NCBI GenBank assembly: GCA_041497135.1
Contig: JBGQFX010000007.1
Coordinates: 15,119 to 79,118, forward strand
Origin: Gemmatimonadota bacterium
GTDB lineage: Bacteria; Gemmatimonadota; Gemmatimonadetes; Gemmatimonadales; GWC2-71-9
Length of the DNA stretch: 64,000 nt
Direction: 5' to 3'
Made by a program: the position numbers and the translations under genes. Under the pieces are notes generated by a model, which saw only the letters and a list, made by a program, of their open reading frames with translations, searched no databases and had not been told where the DNA came from. Below are positions 56,692-64,000 of the stretch, in pieces. Within the stretch, counting starts at the first letter, position 1; each line of letters opens with the position of its first letter.

Positions 56692-56922
56692 GCGCTGGAC
56701 GCGGTCCGTCGTGAGGCCCTCCACGGAAATGGTCTTGCGACGCCCCGAAGCGCCACGGACGATCGTTACCGCGCTGCGGGCTACTCCCAGCTTCTCGGCC
56801 AGGAATCTCACCAACTCGGTGTTGGCGGCACCGTCGACCGGTGGTGCCGCGACCCGGATCCGAATCGCTGCTCCGTAGCGGCCCGCGACCTCGGTGATCC
56901 GGGCACGCGGCACCACGTGCAC
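56671..56922 (-). CDS. DUF167 (YggU-like) protein
   Basis: C-terminal part of ORF 56671-57297: VHVVPRARITEVAGRYGAAIRIRVAAPPVDGAANTELVRFLAEKLGVARSAVTIVRGASGRRKTISVEG. The start is uncertain: GTG 56922, or CTG 56937 overlapping the yggT stop. yggT-yggU adjacency is conserved in many bacteria. Confidence 0.68.
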   Translation of the reverse strand: MHVVPRARITEVAGRYGAAIRIRVAAPPVDGAANTELVRFLAEKLGVARSAVTIVRGASGRRKTISVEGLTTDRVQRLLVADS

Positions 56923-56933
56923 GACGATGGTCG

Positions 56934-57509
56934 TCAGAGCAGTACGCTGAAGACGAAGCGCTTCAAGAGCCACAACACGAGCAGCGCGACGAGCGGGCTC
57001 AGGTCGATCATCCCGGTGGCCGGCATCAGGCGTCGGATCGGCTCGATGATCCAGTCGGTCAGCCAGTACGCGGGACGCATCCAGCGGGAAAAGCGAAACG
57101 CGCCGAGCCAGGATGCGATCACCCGGACGAATATGGCGAAGTAGAGCACGTCGAAGGCGATCACGGCGATCAGGACCACCAGATCCCGTGGGCCGCCGTG
57201 CGCCGCGCCCTGGAGACTGAACCAGGCGCCGACCAGCCATTGAGCGATGGATACGACCAGAACGCCCAGGATCGCGATGCCGATGACGAGCCACCACCCC
57301 GCTTGAATAGGGTTGCCGCCGCTACGGACCACGCGTCGTTCGATGGGGCGCATGAGGGGGTCGGTTGCCTGGCGCATCGTCTTCCCCACCGTGCTGAAGG
57401 GGGACACGCGACGCGTGCGCACCAACCAGGACGCGACAGCGATGAGGACGGCGAGCGCAAACGCGCCGAAGACCGCATAACGAACCAGCATGAGGACCGT
57501 CGAGGACAT
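56934..57509 (-). CDS. yggT: YggT family membrane protein
   Basis: Two YggT-type repeats, for example ...ILGVLVVSIAQWLV... and ...FAIFVRVIASWLGAFRFSRWMRPAYWLTDWIIEPIRRLMPATGMIDLSPLVALLVLWLL. Confidence 0.8.
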   Translation of the reverse strand: MSSTVLMLVRYAVFGAFALAVLIAVASWLVRTRRVSPFSTVGKTMRQATDPLMRPIERRVVRSGGNPIQAGWWLVIGIAILGVLVVSIAQWLVGAWFSLQGAAHGGPRDLVVLIAVIAFDVLYFAIFVRVIASWLGAFRFSRWMRPAYWLTDWIIEPIRRLMPATGMIDLSPLVALLVLWLLKRFVFSVLL

Positions 57510-57521
57510 CGCGGTCGATCG

Positions 57522-57629
57522 CTAGTGCCGTTCCAACTTGATTCGCCAACCTGCCGAAAGCAGCGTACGCAGGCCGACAGCCACTAACGGGTTCCGATGA
57601 CTGGGCGCGAATAGTTGGAACGGCACTAG
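57522..57629. repeat. Palindromic MITE/REP-like element, copy B (108 bp)
   Basis: It has the same 17-bp terminal inverted repeat, CTAGTGCCGTTCCAACT...AGTTGGAACGGCACTAG, as copy A. It lies between the PEBP stop (TAG 57626-57628, inside the right terminus) and the yggT ATG (57509, 12 nt from the left terminus). Confidence 0.85.
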
Positions 57630-58102
57630 TCCCGCTGGCGGCGGTAAGAGCCGACGAGCTGCCCCTGGGCCAGGGTGTGCCCCTGTATCGCACGCTCCAC
57701 GTCGGCCTTCGTCGCGCCGGCCCGGAGCGCGAGGGGGCCGTCCAGGGCGTACAGCTTGAACACGTAGCGATGCGGCTTGCCCGGCGGAGGGCACGGACCG
57801 CCGTAACCGGTCCGCCTGAAGTCGTTCCGGCCCTGGAGCGCGCCCCCCAAGTCCGTCACGGTCTCGGACTTCGGCACGTTCTCGGGCAGGGACGTGGTGT
57901 TTCCGCTCAGATTGAACAACACCCAATGCACCCAGGTCCCCACCGGGGCGTCGGGATCATCCGCGATCAGCGCGAAGGCCTGAGTGTCGGCGGGCGCCCC
58001 GTGCCAGGCGAGCGGAGGCGAGACGTCGGCCCCATCGCACGTGTACCTGGTGGGGATCGCGGCTCCCGCCGCGAATGCGGGGCTCGTCAGCGCGAGGTCC
58101 AT
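57626..58102 (-). CDS. YbhB/YbcL family Raf-kinase-inhibitor-like (PEBP) protein
   Basis: Motifs: ...IPTRYTCDGADVSPPLAW...AFALIADDPDAP.GTWVHWVLFN...GYGGPCPPPGKPHRYVFKLYALD, the canonical bacterial PEBP motifs. Confidence 0.87.
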   Translation of the reverse strand: MDLALTSPAFAAGAAIPTRYTCDGADVSPPLAWHGAPADTQAFALIADDPDAPVGTWVHWVLFNLSGNTTSLPENVPKSETVTDLGGALQGRNDFRRTGYGGPCPPPGKPHRYVFKLYALDGPLALRAGATKADVERAIQGHTLAQGQLVGSYRRQRD

Positions 58103-58112
58103 CGGCTCCGAT

Positions 58113-61100
58113 TCACGCCAGCGCTTCCCGAACGATGCGCGCCTGCTCCGCCTGGTGGGCCGCCGGGTACCCTTCGGCCGGGCTCGCGCGCTCCGGCCGC
58201 GAGACGTCCTTGATCGCGATCGGGGCGGGCGTCAGGTCGCGCAGCTTGGGGAGCACGAACTTGCGCGCGCCCATATTGCGCGGCTCCTCCTGGACCCAGA
58301 CCACTTCGGCGAGCTTCGGGTAGCGGCGCACCAGGTCCGCCAGCTCGACGGTGGGGAAGGGATACAATAGCTCCATGCGGCCGATGGCGACGTGGCGCGC
58401 CTGGGCGCGGGCTGGAGCGGCCAGCATGTCATAGTAGACCTTGCCGCTGCACAGCACGAGGCGGGTGATCGTGTCGCGCCGGTCCGCGGCAGGGGTGTCG
58501 TCCAGTACCGCGCGGAACCGGCCGCTCGTCAGCGCGTCCAGCCGCGATGTCGCGGCCGGGAGTCGCAATAGACTCTTCGGGGTCATGACGACCAGCGGTC
58601 GCAGCTCGGCGTGCCGCGCCTGGCGGCGCAGCAGATGGAAGTACTGCGCCGGCGTGGTGCAGTTGGCGACCCGGATGTTCCCCTCGGCGCCGAGGGCGAG
58701 GAATCGTTCCAGGCGCGCGCTCGAGTGCTCGGGCCCCTGGCCTTCATAGCCGTGCGGCAAGAGCAAGGTCAACCGGGACGTCTGGCCCCACTTGGCGAGC
58801 CCCGAGATGATGAACTGGTCGATGATCACTTCGCCGCCGTTGGCGAAATCGCCGAACTGCGCTTCCCACAGCACGAGCGCTTCGGGCGCTGCTACGGCAT
58901 AACCGTACTCGAAGCCGAGGCAGGCGAGCTCGGACAGGGGACTGTTGTGGAGCTCGAACGGCGCGCGCGCGCCGGGGAGATGTTGAATTGGCGCGTAGCG
59001 GCGCCCGTTGACCGCATCGTGCAGCATGAGCTGCCGCTGGCTGAAGGTGCCGCGCTCGGTGTCCTGGCCGGTGAGACGGATCGGAATGCCCTCACCGACG
59101 AGCGACGCGAGCGCCAGGGCCTCAGCCTGGGCCCACTCGATCCCGCCTTCGAGACCGAGCGTCTCCCGGCGGCGCTCGAGCTGCTTCTTCAATTTGGGGT
59201 TCACCGTGAACCCCTCGGGCAACTGAAGCAGCTGGTCGTTCAACGTCGTCAGCAGCTCGGCCCGGACCGCGGTTTCCGGCTCGGTCGTGGTCTGGGATGA
59301 GATCCGCTGCGGCTCTTCGCCGCCGCCGCCGGCCGCCAGACTCGCTTTGAGTGCCTGCTGGATCTCGGCGAGGCGGGCATAGGCCGCGTCCGCCTCGGCT
59401 TGTCCCTGGGCCGCGGCCACGATACCCTCGCGGGCGAGCTGCTCGGCGTATTTCTGCCGCACCGGCGGGGTCTGCCGAATCCGCTCATACATCAGGGGCT
59501 GCGTGTATGCCGGCTCGTCGGCTTCGTTATGCCCGTGCCGGCGGTAGCCGACGAGATCGATGACCACGTCGCCCCGGAACTTGGTGCGATACATCATGGC
59601 CAGGCGCACGGCCGCGAGACACGCCTCCGGATCGTCGGCGTTGACGTGGATGATCGGGGCATCGAATCCCTTCGCCAGGTCGCTCGAGTAGTCGGTCGAG
59701 CGCCCCTCGCGGGGATCGGTCGTGAACCCGATCTGGTTGTTGCCGATCAGATGGATCGTCCCGCCGGTGCTGTAGCCCGTGAGTCGCGCGAGGTTGAAGG
59801 TCTCGGCGACGCCCCCCTGACCCGGGAACGCGGCATCGCCGTGAATCAGCACCGGCAGCGCCACCGTGCCGTCGTGCAGCGCTTCGGTGCCGCGGCGGGT
59901 CGTCTGCTCGGCACGCGCGCGGCCCTCCACCACCGGGTTTACCGCCTCGAGGTGGCTGGGATTGGGCGAGAGCGTGACCGTCACCGACTTGCCGAGCAAA
60001 GTCTTGTAGGCCCCTTCGGCGCCGTGGTGGTACTTCACGTCTCCCGTGCCGCCTTCCGGCGTGAGCGTTTCCTCGACATTCCGGCCGCCCTCGAACTCGG
60101 CGAAGATCGTTTCGTAAGGCAGGTTCACGATGTGCGCGAGCACGTTGAGCCGGCCGCGATGCGCCATCCCGATCACCACCTCGCGCGCGCCCACCGCACC
60201 GGCCATCTCGATCGTGAGGTCGAGCATCGGCACGGCGGCGTCCAGCCCCTCGATCGAGAAGCGCTTCTGACCGAGATAGGCCTTGTGCAGGAAGCGCTCG
60301 AGCGCCTCCACGGCCGTGAGTCGTGCCAGCAGCCGCTTCTTTTCCTCCGACGACAACGGCTTCCGATGGAGGCCGGACTCGATCAGCTGCCGCAGCCATA
60401 CCCGCTGCTCGTGGCTCCCGATGTGCTCCACTTCGTACGCGATGGTGCCGCAGTAGATGGCGTGCAGAGGGGGATACGCTTCGGCCAGCGTTCTTCCCGG
60501 CACGTAGATGCGCAGCACTTCGGCGGGGATGCGCGCCATGATCTCCGGCGTCAGCCCGAGCGGCTCCGTTTCGAGCGCGGGATCGCCGGGCGGTTCGGCG
60601 CCCAACGGGTCGAGCCGGGCCGCCGTATGACCGAAGTGGCGATGGGCTTTGACCAGGCCCATGGCGGCGGCGACGTGTTTGAGGTCCTCCACCCCCACCG
60701 AGGCCGTCCCAGGGAGTGGGGCGGATGGTACCACTCCCCACTCCCCACTCCCCGAAAGGCCCAAGCTCTCCGCCACCGAACGGTAGAACCCGTCTTCCCC
60801 TTGCAGCAGCGCGTCGAGCCGCTTCAGAAACATCCCCGACTCCGCGCCCTGGATGACGCGGTGGTCGTAGGTGCTGGTGATCGTCATGATCTTGGCGCCC
60901 GCGATGTCGCGGATCGTGCCGGTGGCGATGATCGATCCCTGGCCTTTCATGAGCCGGGGGACCGAGGCCGTGGTGCCGATGGTGCCAGGATTGGTCAACG
61001 TCACGGTCGCGCCGGCGAAGTCGTCGGGGACCAGATGGTTGGTGCGCGCCTTGTCGACCAGCGACTCGTACGCGGCGTGAAACCGCGCGAAATCCATCGT

Positions 61101-61703
61101 CTCGGCGTGCTTCACGACCGGCACGACGAGCGCCCGCGTGCCGTCTTTCCGCTCCGTGTCTACGGCGAGGCCGAGGGAGATCCCGTCCGGATCGACGCGG
61201 TGCGGCTTCCCGTCCTGATCCAGAAACGCACGTCCCATGACGGGGAGCTGCTTCGCCGCCTGGACGATGGCGTAGCCGATCAAGTGCGTGAATGAGAGCT
61301 TACGGCCGCTCGAGGCGACCTGGCCGTTGATCGCGGCGCGTCGCGCCGCCAAGACGTCCACCGGGATGTCGCGGAACGAGGTCGCGGTCGGCACGGACAG
61401 CGAGTCCGTCATGTTCTGGACGAGGCGGGCGGCGGGGCCGGTGATCGGGGCCGATCCTGCGGGAGGGGGGACGGGGGACGGGGGACGAGTGGTCTCGGTG
61501 GGTTCAAACCCGTCCCTCGTCCCCCTGCCCTCGTCCCTCTCGAGCTCGCTGCGGCTCGTCGCGATCACCGGGAGCTCGGTGATCTTTCCGTTGTCGAACA
61601 GCTGACGCCATTCCTCGGAGACGGAGGCGGGGTCGCGCAGATACTGCTCGTACATCACCTGCACGAAGGGGGCATTGTTGGTGCCGAAGACGAACTGGCT
61701 CAC
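58113..61703 (-). CDS. kgd: Multifunctional 2-oxoglutarate dehydrogenase, Kgd/OdhA type (E2-like acyltransferase domain fused N-terminal to the E1o ThDP enzyme)
   Basis: 1196 aa, GTG start. The N-terminus is FVQVMYEQYLRDPASVSEEWRQLF. The E2 catalytic-domain block is ...TLTNPGTIG...TSTYDHRVIQGAESG.... The E1o body follows (HRGRLNVL, GDAAFPGQG, GHNEADEP, PHGYEGQGPEHSS). Confidence 0.93.
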   Translation of the reverse strand: MSQFVFGTNNAPFVQVMYEQYLRDPASVSEEWRQLFDNGKITELPVIATSRSELERDEGRGTRDGFEPTETTRPPSPVPPPAGSAPITGPAARLVQNMTDSLSVPTATSFRDIPVDVLAARRAAINGQVASSGRKLSFTHLIGYAIVQAAKQLPVMGRAFLDQDGKPHRVDPDGISLGLAVDTERKDGTRALVVPVVKHAETMDFARFHAAYESLVDKARTNHLVPDDFAGATVTLTNPGTIGTTASVPRLMKGQGSIIATGTIRDIAGAKIMTITSTYDHRVIQGAESGMFLKRLDALLQGEDGFYRSVAESLGLSGSGEWGVVPSAPLPGTASVGVEDLKHVAAAMGLVKAHRHFGHTAARLDPLGAEPPGDPALETEPLGLTPEIMARIPAEVLRIYVPGRTLAEAYPPLHAIYCGTIAYEVEHIGSHEQRVWLRQLIESGLHRKPLSSEEKKRLLARLTAVEALERFLHKAYLGQKRFSIEGLDAAVPMLDLTIEMAGAVGAREVVIGMAHRGRLNVLAHIVNLPYETIFAEFEGGRNVEETLTPEGGTGDVKYHHGAEGAYKTLLGKSVTVTLSPNPSHLEAVNPVVEGRARAEQTTRRGTEALHDGTVALPVLIHGDAAFPGQGGVAETFNLARLTGYSTGGTIHLIGNNQIGFTTDPREGRSTDYSSDLAKGFDAPIIHVNADDPEACLAAVRLAMMYRTKFRGDVVIDLVGYRRHGHNEADEPAYTQPLMYERIRQTPPVRQKYAEQLAREGIVAAAQGQAEADAAYARLAEIQQALKASLAAGGGGEEPQRISSQTTTEPETAVRAELLTTLNDQLLQLPEGFTVNPKLKKQLERRRETLGLEGGIEWAQAEALALASLVGEGIPIRLTGQDTERGTFSQRQLMLHDAVNGRRYAPIQHLPGARAPFELHNSPLSELACLGFEYGYAVAAPEALVLWEAQFGDFANGGEVIIDQFIISGLAKWGQTSRLTLLLPHGYEGQGPEHSSARLERFLALGAEGNIRVANCTTPAQYFHLLRRQARHAELRPLVVMTPKSLLRLPAATSRLDALTSGRFRAVLDDTPAADRRDTITRLVLCSGKVYYDMLAAPARAQARHVAIGRMELLYPFPTVELADLVRRYPKLAEVVWVQEEPRNMGARKFVLPKLRDLTPAPIAIKDVSRPERASPAEGYPAAHQAEQARIVREALA

Positions 61704-61782
61704 GTGAGAGAATCTAATAGGCAGCCGGCTTTCAGCTATCGGCCGTCAGCTTGTTTCAGTGGGAGGCGTATATTCGGTGGTC

Positions 61783-62697
61783 ATGAAACGGCTTCGCTTC
61801 GCTCTCCTTCTCGCTGTGCCCGTGGGCGTCGCCACGGCGCAGCGTTTCGATTCGCTGCGGGCCCGGGTCGAAACCCGCATCGCGGAGGTCCCGGCGACGG
61901 CGGTGGGCGTGTACTTCCGGGATCTGGCCACCGGCGACACACTGCTCGTCAACGGCCACACCCGCTTCCACGCGGTGAGCACGATGAAGGTCCCGGTGAT
62001 GATCCAGCTGTTCCGCGAGCGAGATGCGGGCGGGCTCTCGCTCGATGACTCGATCCTCGTCCACAACGGGTTCCGCTCGATCGTGGACAGCTCGCCCTAC
62101 TCTCTCGACAAGGCCGACGATTCCGATTCCTCGTTGTACGATCTTGAGGGACAGCGCGTCCCGATCCGGCGATTGATCGACCTGATGGAAACCGTCTCGA
62201 GCAATCTGGCCACCAACCTCCTGATCGACCGGGTGGGCGCCGGGCGGGCCAACGCCAGCGCGCACGCGCTCGGCGCCGACTCGATCCTGGTGTTGCGGGG
62301 CGTGGAAGACGGCAAGGCGTACCGCGCGGGGATGAACAACACCACCACCGCGCGGGATCTGGGCATGTTGCTGGCGGCGCTCGCCCTTGATCGGGCGGCA
62401 TCGCCGGTGTCGTGCCACGAGATGCTCGCCATCCTGGGTCGCCAACACTTCAACGAGGGGATTCCCGCCGGCCTGCCGCCCGGCACGCGGGTGGAGCACA
62501 AGACGGGATGGATCGGCGCCGTGGTTTACCACGACGCCGCGATCGTCCGGCCGGCGACCGGCGCGCCCTACGTCCTGGTGGTGTTGACGGCGGGGTTCAA
62601 GGCGGATGGCGTGGCGCACGCGCTCGTGGCCGACGTGTCCCGGATGGTGTACGAAGCGACGCGAGGCACCGGCCGCCCCGCTGCCCCTCCTCAATAA
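61783..62697 (+). CDS. Class A beta-lactamase-fold serine hydrolase (exported)
   Basis: ATG 61783 within ORF 61759-62697. Signal peptide MKRLRFALLLAVPVGVATAQ. Motifs: STMK (SxxK), SSNLA (SxN), RGVEDGK (Glu in the omega-loop position), and KTGW (KTG). Confidence 0.8.
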   Translation: MKRLRFALLLAVPVGVATAQRFDSLRARVETRIAEVPATAVGVYFRDLATGDTLLVNGHTRFHAVSTMKVPVMIQLFRERDAGGLSLDDSILVHNGFRSIVDSSPYSLDKADDSDSSLYDLEGQRVPIRRLIDLMETVSSNLATNLLIDRVGAGRANASAHALGADSILVLRGVEDGKAYRAGMNNTTTARDLGMLLAALALDRAASPVSCHEMLAILGRQHFNEGIPAGLPPGTRVEHKTGWIGAVVYHDAAIVRPATGAPYVLVVLTAGFKADGVAHALVADVSRMVYEATRGTGRPAAPPQ

Positions 62698-62700
62698 AGG

Positions 62701-64000
62701 TTGACGCTGGTGCCGAAACGGACACTGCCGCGGGCGTCCCGGAAGCCGTCCGGCGAGGCCCGCGCTCGTGAGCGCAGTGCGGCCCTCATGCGCCTCAGCA
62801 CGGCCATCGCGGCGGCGGACAGTGAGATCGACATCTGCCGAGCGGTGACCGGCGGGCTGCGCGACGAGGCCCTGGGATACGACTTCGTGGCGTTGCTGCT
62901 CGTCGACGAGGCGACCCGTGATCGCGTGCTGGTGGCGAGCTCGGGGTGGGCCGACGCGCCGGCCGGCCTGCGCGTCCCACCCGGTGCCGGCTTGAGCGAG
63001 CGCCCCCTCAAGGACGGCCGGCTGCACTACACCCCGCAAGTGACCCAGGACACCCGCTACCTGCCGACCCGGAACGAAGGTTCGGAGGCAGACGTGCCGG
63101 TGATGATCAACCGGCAGCTCGTGGGGGTCCTCGTAGTGGAGAGTAATCACCCCCATGCCTTCGACGCCGACGACTTCGAGATCCTGACCGCGGCCGCCAA
63201 CCAGGCCGGGATCGCCCTCGGCCGCGCCCGCCTGCTCGCGGCCGAACGGCAGCGCGCCGACGAGCAGGAAGCGTTGCGCGCTACCATGGCGGATCTCTCA
63301 GCCCAGCTCGAGTTGTCCACGCTGCTCCAATCGGTGCTGGAACGGGCGGTGGCCCTGCTGCACGTCAGTCACGGCGAGCTGGCGATCTACGACACCAAAA
63401 AGCAGGAATTGGAGATCGTGGCCAGTCACAACGTGGGCAAGCGCGACACGACCGGTACGCGCATGGCGCTGGGCGAGGGGGCGATGGGGCACGTCGCCGT
63501 GACGCGCGAGCCGCTCATCATCGACAACTACCGGGAGTGGGCCGGGCATTCGACGCAATACGCGCAAGTGGAGTTCCATGGCGTCATGGTGGCACCGCTG
63601 CTGATCGGCGGGCAGCTGGTGGGTGCCATCGCATTCATGGACCGCGATCCGGCCCGGCGCTTCGGCGCCGACGACCTGCGGCTGCTCAACCTGTTCGCGC
63701 CCCAGGCCGCGATTGCCATCGAGAACGCGCGGCTGTTCACGGCCGCCCAGGAGCAGCGGCAATACTTCGCTGAGCTGGTCTCGAACAGCCCCGTGGCGAT
63801 CGTCACGCTCGACGTCCATCACAACCTCGTCTCCTGCAACCCGGCCTTCGAAAAGATGTACGGCTATCAGGAGAGCGAGGTAGTGGGCCGGAACCTCGAC
63901 GCCCTGATCACCACCGAATCCACGCGCTCGGAAGCCGTCGCGAACACGGAGGAGAATCTCGCTGGTCGCCCCATCAAGAAGATCAGTCAGCGGCGGCGCA
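62701..64000 (+). CDS. GAF-GAF-PAS sensor protein, N-terminal part (3' end outside the window)
   Basis: The frame is open from 62698 to the window end, so it is absent from the ORF track. Possible starts are TTG 62701, GTG 62710 or ATG 62788. Two GAF-like units are present (…DFVALLLVDEATRDRVL…VGVLVVES…FDADDFEILTAAANQAGIAL; …GELAIYDTKKQELEIV…LVGAIAFMDRD…FGADDLRLLNLFAPQAAIAIENARL). A PAS start follows (…SNSPVAIVTLD…NPAFEKMYGYQESEVVGRNL). Confidence 0.8.
   Translation, partial: MTLVPKRTLPRASRKPSGEARARERSAALMRLSTAIAAADSEIDICRAVTGGLRDEALGYDFVALLLVDEATRDRVLVASSGWADAPAGLRVPPGAGLSERPLKDGRLHYTPQVTQDTRYLPTRNEGSEADVPVMINRQLVGVLVVESNHPHAFDADDFEILTAAANQAGIALGRARLLAAERQRADEQEALRATMADLSAQLELSTLLQSVLERAVALLHVSHGELAIYDTKKQELEIVASHNVGKRDTTGTRMALGEGAMGHVAVTREPLIIDNYREWAGHSTQYAQVEFHGVMVAPLLIGGQLVGAIAFMDRDPARRFGADDLRLLNLFAPQAAIAIENARLFTAAQEQRQYFAELVSNSPVAIVTLDVHHNLVSCNPAFEKMYGYQESEVVGRNLDALITTESTRSEAVANTEENLAGRPIKKISQRRR

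Noticed and set aside
61501-61511. GGTTCAAACCC, which resembles a tRNA T-arm/loop.
   Set aside because: It lies inside the kgd coding region. There is no acceptor, D or anticodon arm context on either strand, and the complementary flanks are explained by the linker repeat/hairpin.
1-64000. Looked for CRISPR arrays, tRNA/rRNA genes, transposases, integrases, prophage genes, and toxin-antitoxin or defence modules.
   Set aside because: I saw no regularly spaced direct repeats, no cloverleaf-compatible intergenic segments (all gaps are short), and no ORF with recombinase, nuclease or defence hallmarks. This was an inspection by eye only; tRNAscan/Infernal/PADLOC-type tools would be decisive.

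Overview
This is a very G+C-rich, gene-dense chromosomal segment; most intergenic gaps are under 150 bp. It comes from a Gram-negative-type bacterium, judging by a TonB-dependent receptor and by TAT, lipoprotein and Sec signals. The gene content is reminiscent of Gemmatimonadota or Acidobacteriota, but that is inference only. I can support about 55 protein genes.

Genes, in order along the window:
- A translationally coupled lysine operon: dapB (3' end), dapA, dapD, asd.
- A J-domain membrane protein.
- A multiply disrupted CBM9/DUF5916 pseudogene; its intact paralogue lies at 26977-29679.
- A cluster of GMC oxidoreductase, small RR-signal subunit and Gfo/Idh/MocA oxidoreductase.
- A hybrid PAS histidine kinase.
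- A TAT-exported GH109-like oxidoreductase.
- An HExGH lipoprotein peptidase.
- Two serine-hydrolase/beta-lactamase-fold genes.
- Class I fructose-bisphosphate aldolase.
- DUF1080, ribosomal protein THX (too short for the supplied ORF track), two DinB-fold genes and DUF885.
- A SAM methyltransferase, an SDR, DUF1259 and an aromatic-amino-acid-type PLP decarboxylase.
- An alpha/beta hydrolase.
- An overlapping four-gene operon: cupin, PaaI thioesterase, PP2C phosphatase, exported TPR-like protein.
- A bifunctional aldolase/SDR.
- DUF445, DUF411 and YceI.
- A complete kdp locus: micro-ORF, kdpF, kdpA, kdpB, kdpC, kdpD, an extra TM-GAF-only KdpD paralogue, kdpE.
- A YitJ-like homocysteine methyltransferase/MTHFR fusion behind a TonB-dependent receptor.
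- A polytopic GAF histidine kinase with a NarL-type regulator, divergent from DUF2231-cydAB.
- yggT and a DUF167 gene.
- A PEBP gene and a Kgd/OdhA-type fused 2-oxoglutarate dehydrogenase.
- An open-ended GAF-GAF-PAS sensor gene at the right edge.

I recognised no rRNA, tRNA, CRISPR array, transposase, integrase, prophage or defence genes, and I did not find a convincing new multi-gene system.

Items most worth a second look:
1. A ~107-bp palindromic MITE/REP-like element in two copies. Its CTAG termini donate stop codons to flanking genes.
2. The standalone KdpD-like TM-GAF gene, translationally coupled to kdpD.
3. A 38-codon transmembrane micro-ORF coupled to kdpF.
4. The cupin-thioesterase-PP2C-TPR operon.
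5. An imperfect ~30-bp inverted repeat with tandem heptamers upstream of the GMC cluster.
6. G-run heptamer, hairpin and G4-type motifs in the linker-coding parts of kgd.

All homology calls come from reading the translations by eye. No database search was run.
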